This document shows, piece after piece, positions 1 through 13,248 of a stretch of 64,000 nucleotides of DNA. A model generated the notes under the pieces. That model made no database searches, was not told the origin of the DNA, and worked only from the letters and a program-made list of their open reading frames with translations. The DNA lies in assembly GCA_964016885.1 (NCBI GenBank), contig OZ024747.1, forward strand, positions 87,234,001 through 87,298,000, in the 5' to 3' direction. The DNA comes from Eledone cirrhosa. Lineage: Eukaryota. A program made the position numbers and the translations under genes. Positions within the stretch are counted from its first letter, which is position 1, and every line of letters starts with the position of its first letter.

Positions 1-120
1 CTACCTAGTTGATGTTGTGTAAATTCCAATGAGAGAGTCTTGTGTCTATGTTAGAAACCGACTCTCTCTCTATTGGTAAAACTTTGTGAAATTATAAAAC
101 CAGAAGAACATACATACATA
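1..120 (+). mobile_element. 3' UTR/tail of an RLE-type (R4/Dong-like) non-LTR retrotransposon, ending in (CATA)n
   Basis: Near-identical to 769-890, which follows the RLE ORF fragment. Confidence 0.7.
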
Positions 121-890
121 CATCATCGCGGTACTATCTACCTATGAGGCATGATGTAGTGGCCAAAACACTGTACAATACAATCCGTAGAAAAGATAGC
201 CCCGATAATAAACACATTAAAAGCTACAGCAATGTGGAAGACATACATATACATAATATGAAAGAGTACTGGTGGAATGTTCCAATAAAATGCAAGCATA
301 ACAGATCAGATATAATGATATGGGACAGGGAAAAGAAGGCATGCACAGTAGTGGAAGTTAGCTGCCCAGCAGATGCCAATACAATATCAAAGATTAGCGA
401 AAAGGAGAATATTTATGCAGAACTGATGATAAATCTGCAGATACTCCACCCTGATTACACCTTCAGATTTATGCCTGTGATTATTGGGGTACTGGGATAT
501 GTTAGTAACTGCCTCAATACAAATCTTGAGAAGCTAGGCTTCACAGGGACAGAAAGAACACAACTAGTTATGAATTACAAGTACAATCCATTAATGGAAC
601 AGTAAAAATATGTAAAACATTCCAAAAATGTTGCATCTAATAACTGCATATGCACACGTACAGATACAAAGCGTATACACATGCACACATACAACTCAAA
701 ACATGCACATCCACACAGACAATAACATCCATACCTACACATGCATGCATGCAGACATGCAGACATATCTACCTAGTTGATGTGTCAATTCCAATGAGAG
801 AGTCTTGTAACTATGTTAGAAACCGACTCTCTCTATTGGCAAAAATTTGTGAAATCATAAAACCAGAAGAACATACATACGTACATACAT
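121..890 (+). mobile_element. 5'-truncated R4/Dong-like non-LTR retrotransposon: restriction-like endonuclease C-terminus plus 3' UTR
   Basis: ORF 144-605 has RHD...WWN...HNRSDI(=RPD)...VEVSCP...EKENIY...PVIIGVLG, the RLE motif order; (CATA)n tail. Confidence 0.8.
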
Positions 891-892
891 AC

Positions 893-1503
893 ATGGTGGC
901 TGCCAACTCGTTTTCGAGTACGGCCACTACTTTATATCCGTGTAGGAGAACCCCTACCGATGCGCTGAACGAGTGTGACTTTTTAGTCCAGTCAGCGACT
1001 TGAAAACTCTGGTACAAACACTACACTTGTGACAATTATTGACACATAGTGCTGGGCCCATGGTACCATGTGACGACAAGTGCAGAGAGATCTCCAGATA
1101 TAAAGCAATGCCTGTGCCGTGAAGCTTTTATAGTGAGCAAAGGCACTGCACAAAGCCAGTCCCACTCTCTTAACCAAGATGATATTTACCAAAAAGAAGA
1201 ACAAGTCAACATCATTGGATACCATCAGAGTTGCAGGTGTTATATCAGAGTTTTCCTTCTCCTAGAATTCTGCCTTGACAAAGGCTAAGGGGTCATCTCT
1301 CCCGGTGATTTTGGATGGCCATTGACTCTTAAGAGCTCCTTTGCCCTTTGACAGGTTTTGTTTTTAGTCCTGCAGGATGTCCAAAGTCACCCTCCTCACC
1401 AAGAAACCTTGGTGGGGTTGCCAGTTTAGTCGCCAACGACCCAACCATGAGACAGGTTGTACTGGGATACATGTTACCAGTAGCACCAACTGGTGACCTG
1501 ACA
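893..1503 (-). mobile_element. ~610-bp non-autonomous element, probably RTE-derived, copy 1
   Basis: Collinear with 4703-5313 (about 10 substitutions counted by eye); contains an RTE-5'UTR-like CTAGGAGAAGGAAAACTCTG; flanked by (TACA)n. Confidence 0.7.
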
Positions 1504-1504
1504 T

Positions 1505-1731
1505 ATTTGACATACATACATACATATATACATACATATAACTCAAAGTATACAATACTCACACACATGCAATAACACTCACACACTAACACACACACAC
1601 TAACATATACTGATATACACAAGTATTTACGTAATCTAAATACCAACGAAAGTCTTGTTTCTATGTTAGAAACCGACTCTCTCTTGGTGAATATTTATAA
1701 AATAAAATCAGAACATACATACATACATACA

Positions 1732-1733
<2 letters not shown>
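1505..1733 (+). mobile_element. Additional diverged 3' UTR of the R4-like element
   Basis: GTCTTG..CTATGTTAGAAACCGACTCTCTC...CAGAACATACATA matches 1-120. Confidence 0.6.
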
Positions 1734-1762
<29 letters not shown>

Positions 1763-1811
1763 AAGAAGAAGAAGAAGAAGAAGAAGAAGAAGAAGAAGAA
1801 GAAGAAGAAGA
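1733..1811. repeat. (AAG)n microsatellite
   Basis: Direct reading. Confidence 0.95.
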
Positions 1812-2875
1812 CATATTAGAACAACTGGGAGAGAGAGAGAAAGAGCTGGGAGGATGAAAGGAAAATACTTGAATTGTTTTAGATGTTTCCCGTCTAATAT
1901 TAAAAAAAACCCATCATTTAAACAACTACAGAAACCAACATCATCACAGCTGCCGCCGCCATCACTATCCCACCATCACCCCACCGTCACCCCACCATCA
2001 CCCCACCATCACTATAATCACAGCTATCACTGTTGCCGACAAGAAAGGAAAAAAAAAAACATGTTTGATAATGTGTCCGGGATGGTCTATGCAGGGGCCT
2101 CCTTTGCCTTAAAAATGTGAGGAGGATAAACCAACATTTGTTGATTCTTAAAGGAGCATAAATGGCTTATGGTGCTTTTCCCAGACCCTATTACATAAGT
2201 AAAATTTTACGCTAATTAAATATTCAAATGAAATTAGATATTTAAAAAAAATAAGCTTAAAAAGAATTTATCATATCAAATAAACAAAAAATATAGACGT
2301 TTGAAAAAGTGGTGGGGACTTGTCCCAATGGTGCCACCCTGAAACAAGGCCCTTGGGTCTATGTCTGAGTATATGGTGATATGGTCAAATCTGGCGCGCT
2401 TGCGATCATTGGTCTGATCAGTCGGAATCGTCAGAGCAACAGACAAAATTTTTTGCGGTATTTAGTACAACCTTTTATGTTCTAACCTCAAATGTTGTGA
2501 CTGTCGACTTTCGTCATTCGTCCTTTCAGGCTGAATAAATTATCAGCAAAATGTTGGAATTGGTTTGATATCCCTATAAATCACCTAAGATATGAATGGA
2601 TTTATAAGAGAAGACTAAGACATGGCGGCTAAACGAAAAAACTACAAGATTACATATAAGATAACATTTTGAAAAATGACGCAAGGATAAGAGAAACATA
2701 TCTGATAAGCTTTAGCTATACTTGTCATTATAACATTCATGTCAACATTAATAATTAAGCCTTTTCTAATAAAATAACGACTCCTCATTTCTTTTCTAGT
2801 TTTTTTCTTCTAATATATATTTTTTTTTACTGTGTCTTTCTTTAACTCTTTCTGAAAAGTAACCAACATTCATGA

Positions 2876-3068
2876 TAATTGTTTCTACTTTTGGTACACG
2901 GCCAGCAATTATTACCCAGTACATTACTGGTACTTTATTTCATCGACCCCGTAAGGATGAAAGACAAAGTTAACCTCGACGGGATTTGAACTCAGACCAT
3001 AAAGGGACGTAACTATATTGGAAAACATGGCGTCCGACCCTCTACCAATACTGCCAATTCACCGCCCT
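2876..3068 (-). mobile_element. tRNA-derived SINE with a Meta-domain-like core
   Basis: B-box GAGTTCAAATCCC on the minus strand, the family core T(G/T)CTTTCATCCTTACGGGGTCGAT, and flanking ATGATAAT duplication. Confidence 0.8.
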
Positions 3069-3146
3069 ATGATAATACCCACTTATAGGAGTTTCTCCAA
3101 TCTTTAACTACTTTCATCAACACTACCTGGCTGTAATGAAAGGACG

Positions 3147-3317
3147 TGGACTAGTAGTTAGGGTATTTGACACTTAATGATAAGGTGATGGGATTAATTT
3201 CCTGACTGTGTGGTGCATTGAGTTCTTGAGCAAGATGCTTCCGTTCATTTTGTTTTATATTAAAACACTCGAGCAATTTTCTATGAGATGAAACTGTAGG
3301 AAAAATAAAATTCTTAT

Positions 3318-3348
<31 letters not shown>

Positions 3349-3411
3349 GTATTTATATACATGTATATATATAAATACATATATATACATATATATGTAT
3401 ATATATATATG

Positions 3412-3493
<82 letters not shown>

Positions 3494-3561
3494 TATGTAT
3501 ATATATATAAATATATGTATATATATACATATATATATAAATATATGCATATATATATATG

Positions 3562-3592
<31 letters not shown>

Positions 3593-3756
3593 AGAATTTT
3601 ATTTTTCCTACAGTTTCATCTCATAGAAAATTGCTCGAGTGTTTTAATATAAAACAAAATGAACGGAAGCATCTTGCTCAAGAACTCAATGCACCACACA
3701 GTCAGGAAATTAATCCCATCACCTTATGATTAAATGTCAAATACCCTAACTACTAG

Positions 3757-3760
<4 letters not shown>
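3147..3760. repeat. Long inverted repeat: ~170-bp unique arms around a (TA)n-rich spacer
   Basis: 3147-3317 is the reverse complement of ~3590-3760, with 2 mismatches seen. Confidence 0.92.
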
Positions 3761-4057
<297 letters not shown>

Positions 4058-4058
4058 A

Positions 4059-4162
4059 GTTTATCCCGGTTCAATCGGGGGTAACCACAGTAAACAAGGT
4101 ACTCAATATATATAGCAATACATAGCAGAGTATAAATATTTAATAGTCCCGTAGAAGCCATT
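4059..4162 (-). mobile_element. Fragment of Penelope-type terminal repeat family B: inverted tail plus a forward end of the hammerhead
   Basis: Matches the reverse complement of 57300-57371; ends TAGTCCCGTAGAAGCC, as at 28780-28795. Confidence 0.6.
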
Positions 4163-4702
4163 TTATATATATATATGTATATATATATTTATATATATAT
4201 GTATGTATATATATATATGGGGCACACACGCGAGAAAAAAAAGAGGAAGAGAAAAGTATTTCCATCTCAGCATATTTCTTCTTTTCTTCTTTTCTTCTTT
4301 CTTTCTCTCTTTCTTTCACACCTTTTTCGATATTATCAAAGATATTGTTAAAAATACAGTTTGGTGTCTGATAACTCCACATCCTGTTGGTATTTAGGAT
4401 GATCTGCTTCACGATAGAATGGATTAAAAGAGGAAATAAGAATTATGAATCTTTTATAGATTTAACTATACTTGTGATAAACTGCTGTTTAGTTATCACC
4501 TGCTTGAAGTGGACCGGAAGAAAAGTAGATCTCTCTCACTGATGTATCTATTGATTCATATACTCAACTCATGTACATACATACATATATACATACAAAC
4601 ATACATATATATACATACATACATACAACCATACATACATACATAGATACATACATACAAACATACATACAAAGATACATACATACAAACATACATACAA
4701 AC

Positions 4703-5313
4703 ATGGTGGCTGCCAACTCGTTTTCGAGTACGGCCACTACTCTATATCCATGTAGGAGAACCCTTACCGATGCGCTGAACGAGTGTGACTTTTTAGTCCA
4801 GCCTGCGACATGAAAACTCTGGTACAAACACTACACTTGTGACAATGATTGACACATAGTGCTGGGCCCATGGTACCATGTGACGACAAGTGCAGAGAGA
4901 TCTCCAGATATAAAGCAATGCCTGAGCCGTGAAGCTTTTATAGTGAGCAAAGGCACTGCACAAAGCCAGTCCCACTCTCTTAACCAAGATGATATTTACC
5001 AAAAAGAAGAACAAGTCAACATCATTGGATACCATCAGGGTTGCAGGTGTTATATCAGAGTTTTCCTTCTCCTAGAATTCTGCCTTGACAAAGGCTAAGG
5101 GGTCATCTCTCCCGGTGATTTTGGATGGCCATTGACTCTTAAGAGCTCCTTTGCCCTTTGACAGGTTTTGTTTTTAGTCCTGCAGGATGTCCAAAGTCAC
5201 CCTCCTCACCAAGAAACCTTGGTGGGGTTGCCAGTTTAGTCGCCAACGACCCGACCATGAGACAGGTTGTACTGGGATACATGTTACCAGTAGCACCAAC
5301 TGGTGACCTGACA
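4703..5313 (-). mobile_element. ~610-bp non-autonomous element, copy 2
   Basis: Constant 3810-bp offset alignment to 893-1503; (TACA)n on both sides. Confidence 0.75.
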
Positions 5314-5744
5314 TACAAACATAGATACATACATACATACATACATACATACATTTATACAAACATACATATATATATACAAACATACATACTTATATAT
5401 ACATACATACAAACATACATATATACATACATACATACATACATATATATATACATACATGCATACAAACATACAAACGTACATACATAGATACATACAT
5501 ACAAACATACATACATACTCGCACATACATACAGATACATGTAAATAAAATAGGAAATATTCGTATGTGTGTACGCATATATATATATATGTATGTATAT
5601 GTATGTATAAAGCACATATGGGTGTGTGGATCTGTATGTGTGTTAAAGCCAGCTTTGAAACAAACTGCGACATGGGTTCAACTGTCTGTTGTTTCATTTC
5701 AATTCATTTACTTCTTATACTCTCGGTCTCCATTTGTTGTCGAT

Positions 5745-7290
5745 AAGAGAGATACAAATTGCTCCAAATGAAATATAAGATATTACATCATACGTGGAAG
5801 ATATTACTCACACCATACCAATGTGGAAGATATTACTCACACCATACCAATGTGGAAGATATTACTCACACCATACCAATGTGGAAGATATTACTTACAC
5901 CATACCAATGTGGAAGATATTACTCACACCATACCAATGTGGAAGATATTACTCACACCATACCAATGTGGAAGATATTACTCACACCATACCAATGTGG
6001 AAGCTATTACTCACACCATACCAATGTGGAAGATATTACTCACACCATACCAATGTGGAAGATATTACTCACACCATACCAATGTGGAAGCTATTACTCA
6101 CACCATACCAATGTGGAAGATATTACTTACACCATACCAATGTGGAAGATATTACTCACACCATACCAATGTGGAAGATATTACTCACACCATACCAATG
6201 TGGAAGCTATTACTCACACCATACCAATGTGGAAGATATTACTCACACCATACCAATGTGGAAGCTATTACTCACACCATACCAATGTGGAAGATATTAC
6301 TTACACCATACCAATGTGGAAGATATTACTCACACCATACCAATGTGGAAGCTATTACTCACACCATACCAATGTGGAAGATATTACTCACACCATACCA
6401 ATGTGGAAGATATTACTCACACCATACCAATGTGGAAGATATTACTTACACCATACCAATGTGGAAGATATTACTCACACCATACCAATGTGGAAGATAT
6501 TACTCACACCATACCAATGTGGAAGATATTACTCACACCATACCAATGTGGAAGATATTACTCACACCATACCAATGTGGAAGATATTACTCACACCATA
6601 CCAATGTGGAAGATATTACTTACACCATACCAATGTGGAAGATATTACTCACACCATACCAATGTGGAAGATATTACTCACACCATACCAATGTGGAAGA
6701 TATTACTTACACCATACCAATGTGGAAGATATTACTCACACCATACCAATGTGGAAGATATTACTCACACCATACCAATGTGGAAGATATTACTCACACC
6801 ATACCAATGTGGAAGATATTACTTACACCATACCAATGTGGAAGATATTACTCACACCATACCAATGTGGAAGATATTACTCACACCATACCAATGTGGA
6901 AGATATTACTCACACCATACCAATGTGGAAGCTATTACTCACACCATACCAATGTGGAAGATATTACTTACACCATACCAATGTGGAAGCTATTACTCAC
7001 ACCATACCAATGTGGAAGATATTACTCACACCATACCAATGTGGAAGATATTACTCACACCATACCAATGTGGAAGCTATTACTCACACCATACCAATGT
7101 GGAAGATATTACTTACACCATACCAATGTGGAAGAAATTACTCACATTGTTATCAACTGCCCTAAAATGTCCTCAAGGTATTCCCTTCCTATGTGACGCG
7201 ACATAGTTGTTGAAATTATTTACAAAGTTATCCACAATGATAATTACCGGGACTGTCATATCAAAAACATGCATTTGAAGATGAGGAATA
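5745..7290 (+). pseudogene. Degenerate R4-like retrotransposon CCHC-knuckle region hosting the 29-bp array
   Basis: The array runs out into HTNVEEITHIVINCPKMSSRYSLPM*RDIV, homologous to CLKMSSQYFLPMRHDVVAK at ~7830-7885. Confidence 0.7.
5794..7146 (+). repeat. 29-bp minisatellite, 46 full units plus a partial one (GTGGAAGATATTACTCACACCATACCAAT)
   Basis: (7128-5794)/29 = 46, so there is no net indel; two recurrent point variants. Confidence 0.97.
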
Positions 7291-7482
7291 CTGCTAGCAC
7301 ATACGAATGAAAGAGCAATCTGGTCCAAACAGGACATGTACTATGGTAGAAATTATCTACCCAGCGGTTGTAAATATGTCGTCTGAGGTTAAATAAAATA
7401 AGATATCTTTAGTGAGGTAGGGTGGAACTTACAGCGTTTCTTTCCTGACTATAGATTTCGATTTGTATCACTTGACCATAGG

Positions 7483-7627
7483 CAGACCTCTCAACATGTT
7501 TACTTTGGGGAAAATGGGTACATATTTCATTATGTAAAATCTCCGTATTTTGCCTCATTTTACCCCGTTTTGGGGCACTTTTTTTTATGGTACTCCCCGT
7601 TTGGGTTTTTAGAGGTTGACAGGTCTG
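7483..7627. mobile_element. 145-bp MITE with 13-bp TIRs and a 6-bp TSD (CATAGG)
   Basis: CAGACCTCTCAAC...GTTGACAGGTCTG; CATAGG at 7477-7482 and 7628-7633; related sequence at ~12055-12178. Confidence 0.75.
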
Positions 7628-7719
7628 CATAGGGATACTGGGTTATGTGTCAACAGAGCCTAGAGATGTTAATTTTAAATCCCAAACTTTTGAGTGCAAA
7701 ATGATAATTTGAATGTGAC

Positions 7720-8755
7720 ATTACTTTAATGGAAAAGATCACAACAATGAACTACGAATTAACAACAAAATACCTGATGCACAAAAGTGATAGAGATGCA
7801 GGCAAATCACCTAGATGTGACAACATCTGTTTAAAGATGTCATCACAGTACTTTCTACCTATGAGGCATGATGTGGTAGCCAAACACCATAGAATGCAAT
7901 CCGTAGAAACGATGATAGTCCTAGGGATAAAAATATAAAATGTTACAGTTACAGTGATATGGAGGGCATACGTACACATAATATAAAAGAGTACTGGTGG
8001 AATGTTCCAGTCAAATCCCCAATAGAGTGTAAAACAACAGATCACATATGTAACAGAGAAAAGAAGGCATCGACAGTTGTAGAAATTAGATGCTCAGCAG
8101 ATGTTAATGTAGTGTTAATGTAGTGTTAATGTAGTGTTACAGATTAGTGAAAAGGAGGAACCTACAGATATTCCAGCTTAACTATACTTTTCGATTTGAT
8201 CATTGCGGTACTGGGATATAATACTAATTACCTTAGTACACATTCGGAGAAGCTGGGCTTCTCACAACCAGTAAAGAGCACGACTAATTAGGAAATTTCA
8301 ATTACAAACTATTAATTGTTTCTACTTTTGGCACAAGGCCAGCAATTATTCCAGTGTATTACTGGTACTTTATTTTATCGACCCCGTAAGGATGAAAAGC
8401 AAAGTTAACCTCGGCGGAATTTGAACTCAGAATGGCAAGGGCCGTAACTCTATGCGTCAAAGCATGGCGTCCCACCCTCTACCGATACTGCCAATCCACC
8501 GAAGTACAAACTATTAATGGAGCTGTAAAAATATGTAAAATATTTCCGAAATGTAGCATGTAATAACAGCATATATACACACGTGTACGTATAGAAACAT
8601 ATGTATATGTGTACATATAATTTAAAACAGATCCAAGAATTCAATAAAATCCATACCTACATGTACACACACACACATAATTGATGTCTAAATTCCAAGG
8701 AAAGAGTCTTTCTTCTGTGTTAGAATCCAGTTCTCTTTCTCTCCCTTCCTCCCCA

Positions 8756-8833
<78 letters not shown>

Positions 8834-8900
8834 CTCTCTCTCTGCAGGTGAAAACGTTTTAAGAATAATAAAATCAGAAGAACATATAATACATACATGT
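7720..8900 (+). mobile_element. Degenerate R4-like element 3' portion (CCHC/RHD/RLE plus 3' UTR), interrupted by a SINE
   Basis: ELTTKYLMHKSDRD...PMRHDVVAK, EYWWNVPV; 3' UTR resembles 1-120. Confidence 0.75.
8317..8501 (-). mobile_element. Meta-like SINE with a 14-bp TSD
   Basis: TACAAACTATTAAT at 8303-8316 and 8505-8518. Confidence 0.85.
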
Positions 8901-9395
8901 AAACAACTCAGATATATGCGTGTGTTTAGATATACACTCTTATATTATTATATTAAGTTATATTATATTACATTCTACTCTAATCCTGCCACAGGGAGAC
9001 CAGTGAAGAGAAGAAGCTATCTCTTTTAGTCAACATTCTCAATGTTACGATGAATATCTTTTTCCTGTTTCAAAAGATTTGGACGGGAAATTAGATAGTG
9101 TACGGCATCTAGCCTGGCGCTGTTCCATTTGAACCAACTGCGCTACCATTAGTGTGATAATAACAAACATTTATCACACAGGTTTTAAACTTCAGTTATT
9201 TTGACAAGTGAAAATAAGGTGTGATTTTCATATTGTTTACCCATGGTCATTTGGGAAAGTCTCTAAAATACATGAGCTTCAGAATCTTCACCAGAATCCG
9301 GCCCCTACACTACAATGCTGACTTCAGGCAATACTGGATTCAGATATGGGTTAAGTGGACTGCAGCCAACGGTGTTATAATTCAGCTCTCACACC

Positions 9396-9447
<52 letters not shown>

Positions 9448-9451
9448 TTAA

Positions 9452-9631
9452 TATGGAAAACGAAGAATCAGTGATGCATCGGAACACAATTTATTACGTA
9501 TTACAATTGTTTCTCCGGCGAACAGCTCGAGGTGCGATCTGTTTGTGTCCACAAACAATTGTAATACGTAAGAGAAACAATTAATACGTAATAAATTGTG
9601 ATCCGATGCATCACTGATTCTTCGTTTTCCT
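9452..9631. mobile_element. Internally deleted foldback copy of Penelope-type repeat family A
   Basis: GGAAAACGAAGAATCAGTGATGCATCGG...CCGATGCATCACTGATTCTTCGTTTTCC; same family as 26497-26860. Confidence 0.8.
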
Positions 9632-9654
9632 ACAAATATATATATATATGAATG

Positions 9655-10068
9655 TATGCATAGTATATTTGTTAATATAGTGTATGTTTAATTAAAAACA
9701 TTATGAAGACCTTGCGCTATCATTTTAAAGTAGTGACTATGTTACTTAATTCTTTTTTCGGCAAAGGAAGGGAGAGAAGCTGACAGATTCTGTTTCACAC
9801 TGTTGGTGTTCCTCAGAGCAACGTACTCCCCGACCTCTACCGAAAATTATAAAGGCTGGATTCTTATAGAATTCCAGTAATAATCAGGAACTGATTATAC
9901 AGAGCGATTGCCGGTCCAGCAAAAGTTAAAAATTAGGATTGGTGTTCTGAAATAGCGATGTATGTATAGTATATTTGATAATATACCGTATGTTTAATTA
10001 AAAAACTTGAAGACCTTGCGCTACCATTTTAAAGTAGTGACTATGTTACTTACTTCTTTTTTCGGCAA

Positions 10069-10070
<2 letters not shown>
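9655..10070. repeat. ~110-bp diverged direct duplication (9655-9766 and 9958-10070)
   Basis: Shared TGAAGACCTTGCGCTA-CATTTTAAAGTAGTGACTATGTTACTTA. Confidence 0.8.
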
Positions 10071-10108
<38 letters not shown>

Positions 10109-10222
10109 TATAAATGTAAGCTATCGCCGTATTTTGACTAAAGAAATTAAAGAAATTATTTAGCCTGATAGTGGGGTTAAGAACCCTCGGAGAAATGGAA
10201 AAAGATGAGTATTGACGTAAAT

Positions 10223-10260
<38 letters not shown>

Positions 10261-10330
10261 ATTTATATGAGACCCAATGCTTGAATAGCAGCCTCGCTCT
10301 TGTGTAAACGTACATTAAAGTACTTTTAAG

Positions 10331-10520
10331 GGCGGTGGATTGGCAGTATTCTGTAGAGGGTCGGACGCCATGCTTTCCAACATAGTTACGTCCCTTTACG
10401 GTCTGAGTTCAAATCCCACCGAGGTTAACTTTGCCTTTCATCCTTACGGGGTCTATAAAATAAAGTGCCAGTAATGTACTGGGTAATTGATGGCCTTGTG
10501 CCAAAAGTTGAAACAATTAT
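10331..10520 (+). mobile_element. Meta-like SINE, full length
   Basis: GGCGGTGGATTGGCAG start, B-box, Meta-like core. Confidence 0.85.
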
Positions 10521-10710
10521 TGGATTCGCAATCGTGAGATTGTGAGTTCGATTCCCGGACCGGCCGATGCGTTTATTTCTTTATTTCTCGCTGCTTTATT
10601 TCTCGTTGCTCCTTCTACCTGGAGTGGCGATGCCGATAGATAGTATTAGCAATTGGAAAGACCAATGGAAACATTGTTTCCTCGGTCCGATTTGACGAAA
10701 CTCGATCGTT
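10520..10710 (+). mobile_element. Second tRNA-derived SINE family, 5'-truncated, abutting the previous SINE
   Basis: Matches 28810-29000, including GATAGATAGTATTAGCAA...GATTTGACGAAA. Confidence 0.7.
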
Positions 10711-11317
10711 CCTTTTTTAATGTCCATTAAATTTCTCGAGAGATGCTATATGCCCCTCCCCACCATATTCGCTGGCCTAAAGCTCCTTGGTTGCTTTCAT
10801 CCGACCTTGGCCTCATTCATGGCATGATAATGATAATACTTGCTGTTTTCTAGGAGCATATTCAGAATAGGGGAACAACAGTCGATTGAACATTCTCAGT
10901 ATATGGTAGTACGTATAGAATCTTTATTGAGCACATGAAACATTGGTATAGAGTAATTCCTAATTTACACGACTGGCTACATTGTTCTACAGTTCTTTCA
11001 ACATTCTATATTCCAGTTTCCATTGATTAGGATGTTTCGCAGTATTTATATCAACAGCAAACTAAAAAATAATAATTTGCTGGAAGTTGCTTAAAATAGT
11101 GAGTCCATTGCTAGAACAATGGCCTCTCAATTCGTATTTAGATCGGGGTCGCCATTCCTTCCGATCACTCCTTTCCATGTTAGGTGATCACCCTTCATCA
11201 GGATATTTCACTTAGTCTGAACTACATCTAACGCTGTAAGTGTGTGCACGCGCGCGCGCGCACGTTTCCGAAGCGATACAAATATATATCTATATTATAC
11301 ATCTGAGTAATTTACAA

Positions 11318-11374
<57 letters not shown>

Positions 11375-11407
11375 CATATATATATATGTATACATATATA
11401 CATATAT

Positions 11408-11459
<52 letters not shown>

Positions 11460-12299
11460 GTATATATACATATATATACATACATATATATATATATATA
11501 TACACACACATATATATATCTATGTATGTATGCATATGCTTGTAATATGCATTATATATAAATGTAAACATATTTTGAGTGCATATGTGTAATGTGTATA
11601 TTCGTGTGTATAGTATATACATTGAATAACTTTTATCCCGGCATCACCGATGCACCTGTGTTTGTTATTCTAAAAAGGAAGGAGAGAGAGGCGAACATTT
11701 ATTATTATTTTAAAAAGAAATAGAAATAATAAAAATAAAAAGTAAAATAAAGTAATAATTATTATTATTGTTGTTGTGTTTGTGTTTGTTTGATGCGCCG
11801 AATAAAATGTAGTGTTTCGGGGTAGAAAAATATGAACGATAACTAATAAAAACAAGACAGCGAAAAGAACATGAAAGAGAAACAACAACAAAAACAACAT
11901 TAAAGAAAGACAAAATGGTAGCTTTGTATAATATGAATATAGTTTTTGTAAAATTATCCGCCATTTTCATTTTTAACTACTGGTGATAGCGAGCGCTGGT
12001 TAGTGGTCGATTAGTAATTGGTGGTGATGGTGATGATGGTGGTGATGGGAGAAATGAAAAAAAGTGGCCCAAAACGGGTAGAAATGAGGCAAAATTTGGG
12101 GAGCTTTTACATAATGACAGCTATAACCATTTTCACAAGAGAAGACATCTCTCGTCCACCCCAAAGTTGACAGCTCTGAATTATTTATTAATTATCATAG
12201 ATTGATTCATTGTTTGCATGTATATACACACCTCTCACTATGTCTAACGTAGTAATAACTGGAGATAGTATCTGACTGATAAAATGACAAGTCAGTCAA

Positions 12300-12603
12300 T
12301 CATATCGGTGGCCTTCCCACAGCCCCGGTGGACAGAATGGAGAAGGCGTTTCCACGGATGACGGCAAGGGAGACGCGCTGGAAAAGCCATTCCAGCTCGC
12401 GAGGCTGACACCTGCTCAGCGCCTACGGTGGTGAGTAGGGAGGTAGCCCTAGGGCCGAGTGCACCAGAAGTCTCCACTGCCAAGGGTACAACCGCAAACC
12501 TGTCGGAGAGCGACCGGTATTTGAAGAGTTTGGCCTCCTCGGCCCAACGTACAGTAGAACCTAGGTTAGTCGCAGACTGCACCAGGTTGCGGCTGGAGAA
12601 CAC
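12300..12603 (-). mobile_element. CRE-like non-LTR retrotransposon RLE C-terminal fragment
   Basis: AEEAKLFKY...VPLAVETSGALG, then after a frameshift WLFQRVSLAVIRGNA. Confidence 0.75.
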
Positions 12604-12803
12604 TTGTATTGAACAATTTTGGTTTCTTCAATTTAAATGTTTAAGCTCTGCTGCCCTTATAGTCTTTAACAGCGACAACTTTAACCTTCGGAAGACACTT
12701 TCGATTGTTTTGAATTCCTACTTGCTGTAGACCTTAAGTGCACAGTGAACTTTTCGCACCTTGCCAAAAATTAATAGTAGACTATTCCACTATAATTACT
12801 CCT

Positions 12804-12841
<38 letters not shown>

Positions 12842-12843
<2 letters not shown>

Positions 12844-12950
12844 CAGGGTGTCCCCAAAAATGCATACACAGTATACACACTTTGATTACCTATACAGGGA
12901 ATATTTATTAGAATGCTGTAGAAGTGTGTATATATGTTTTGGGGACAGAC
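12842..12950. mobile_element. Possible Tc1/mariner-type MITE remnant
   Basis: TACAGGGTGTCCCCAAAAATG with an inverted TTTTGGGGACA. Confidence 0.4.
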
Positions 12951-13180
12951 AAGTGCCAACGCAACACAACTATTTGCTTTGCATAAAGAAGGCATCTTTG
13001 GGTGTTTTCTCCCCACTCGATCGGCTTCAATACTTCAATACAGATTTAATTTTCGAATAATTCATTCCGCGACATAGTTTCCATTTTCTAAAGGGGAATA
13101 TCTTTACTCTCTCAACTAATACTCTTGAGAAATAAATGAAGACCGCACAGCTTCTCACCCCTCTCTCTCTCTCTCTCTCC

Positions 13181-13248
<68 letters not shown>

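Noticed and set aside
5759-7206. Three 457-470-aa ORFs, or a CRISPR-like array
   Set aside because: All are frames of a stop-free 29-bp tandem repeat. There are no unique spacers and no cas genes, and the context is eukaryotic.
10331-10420. tRNA gene (A/B boxes)
   Set aside because: It is the head of a multi-copy SINE, with no cloverleaf.
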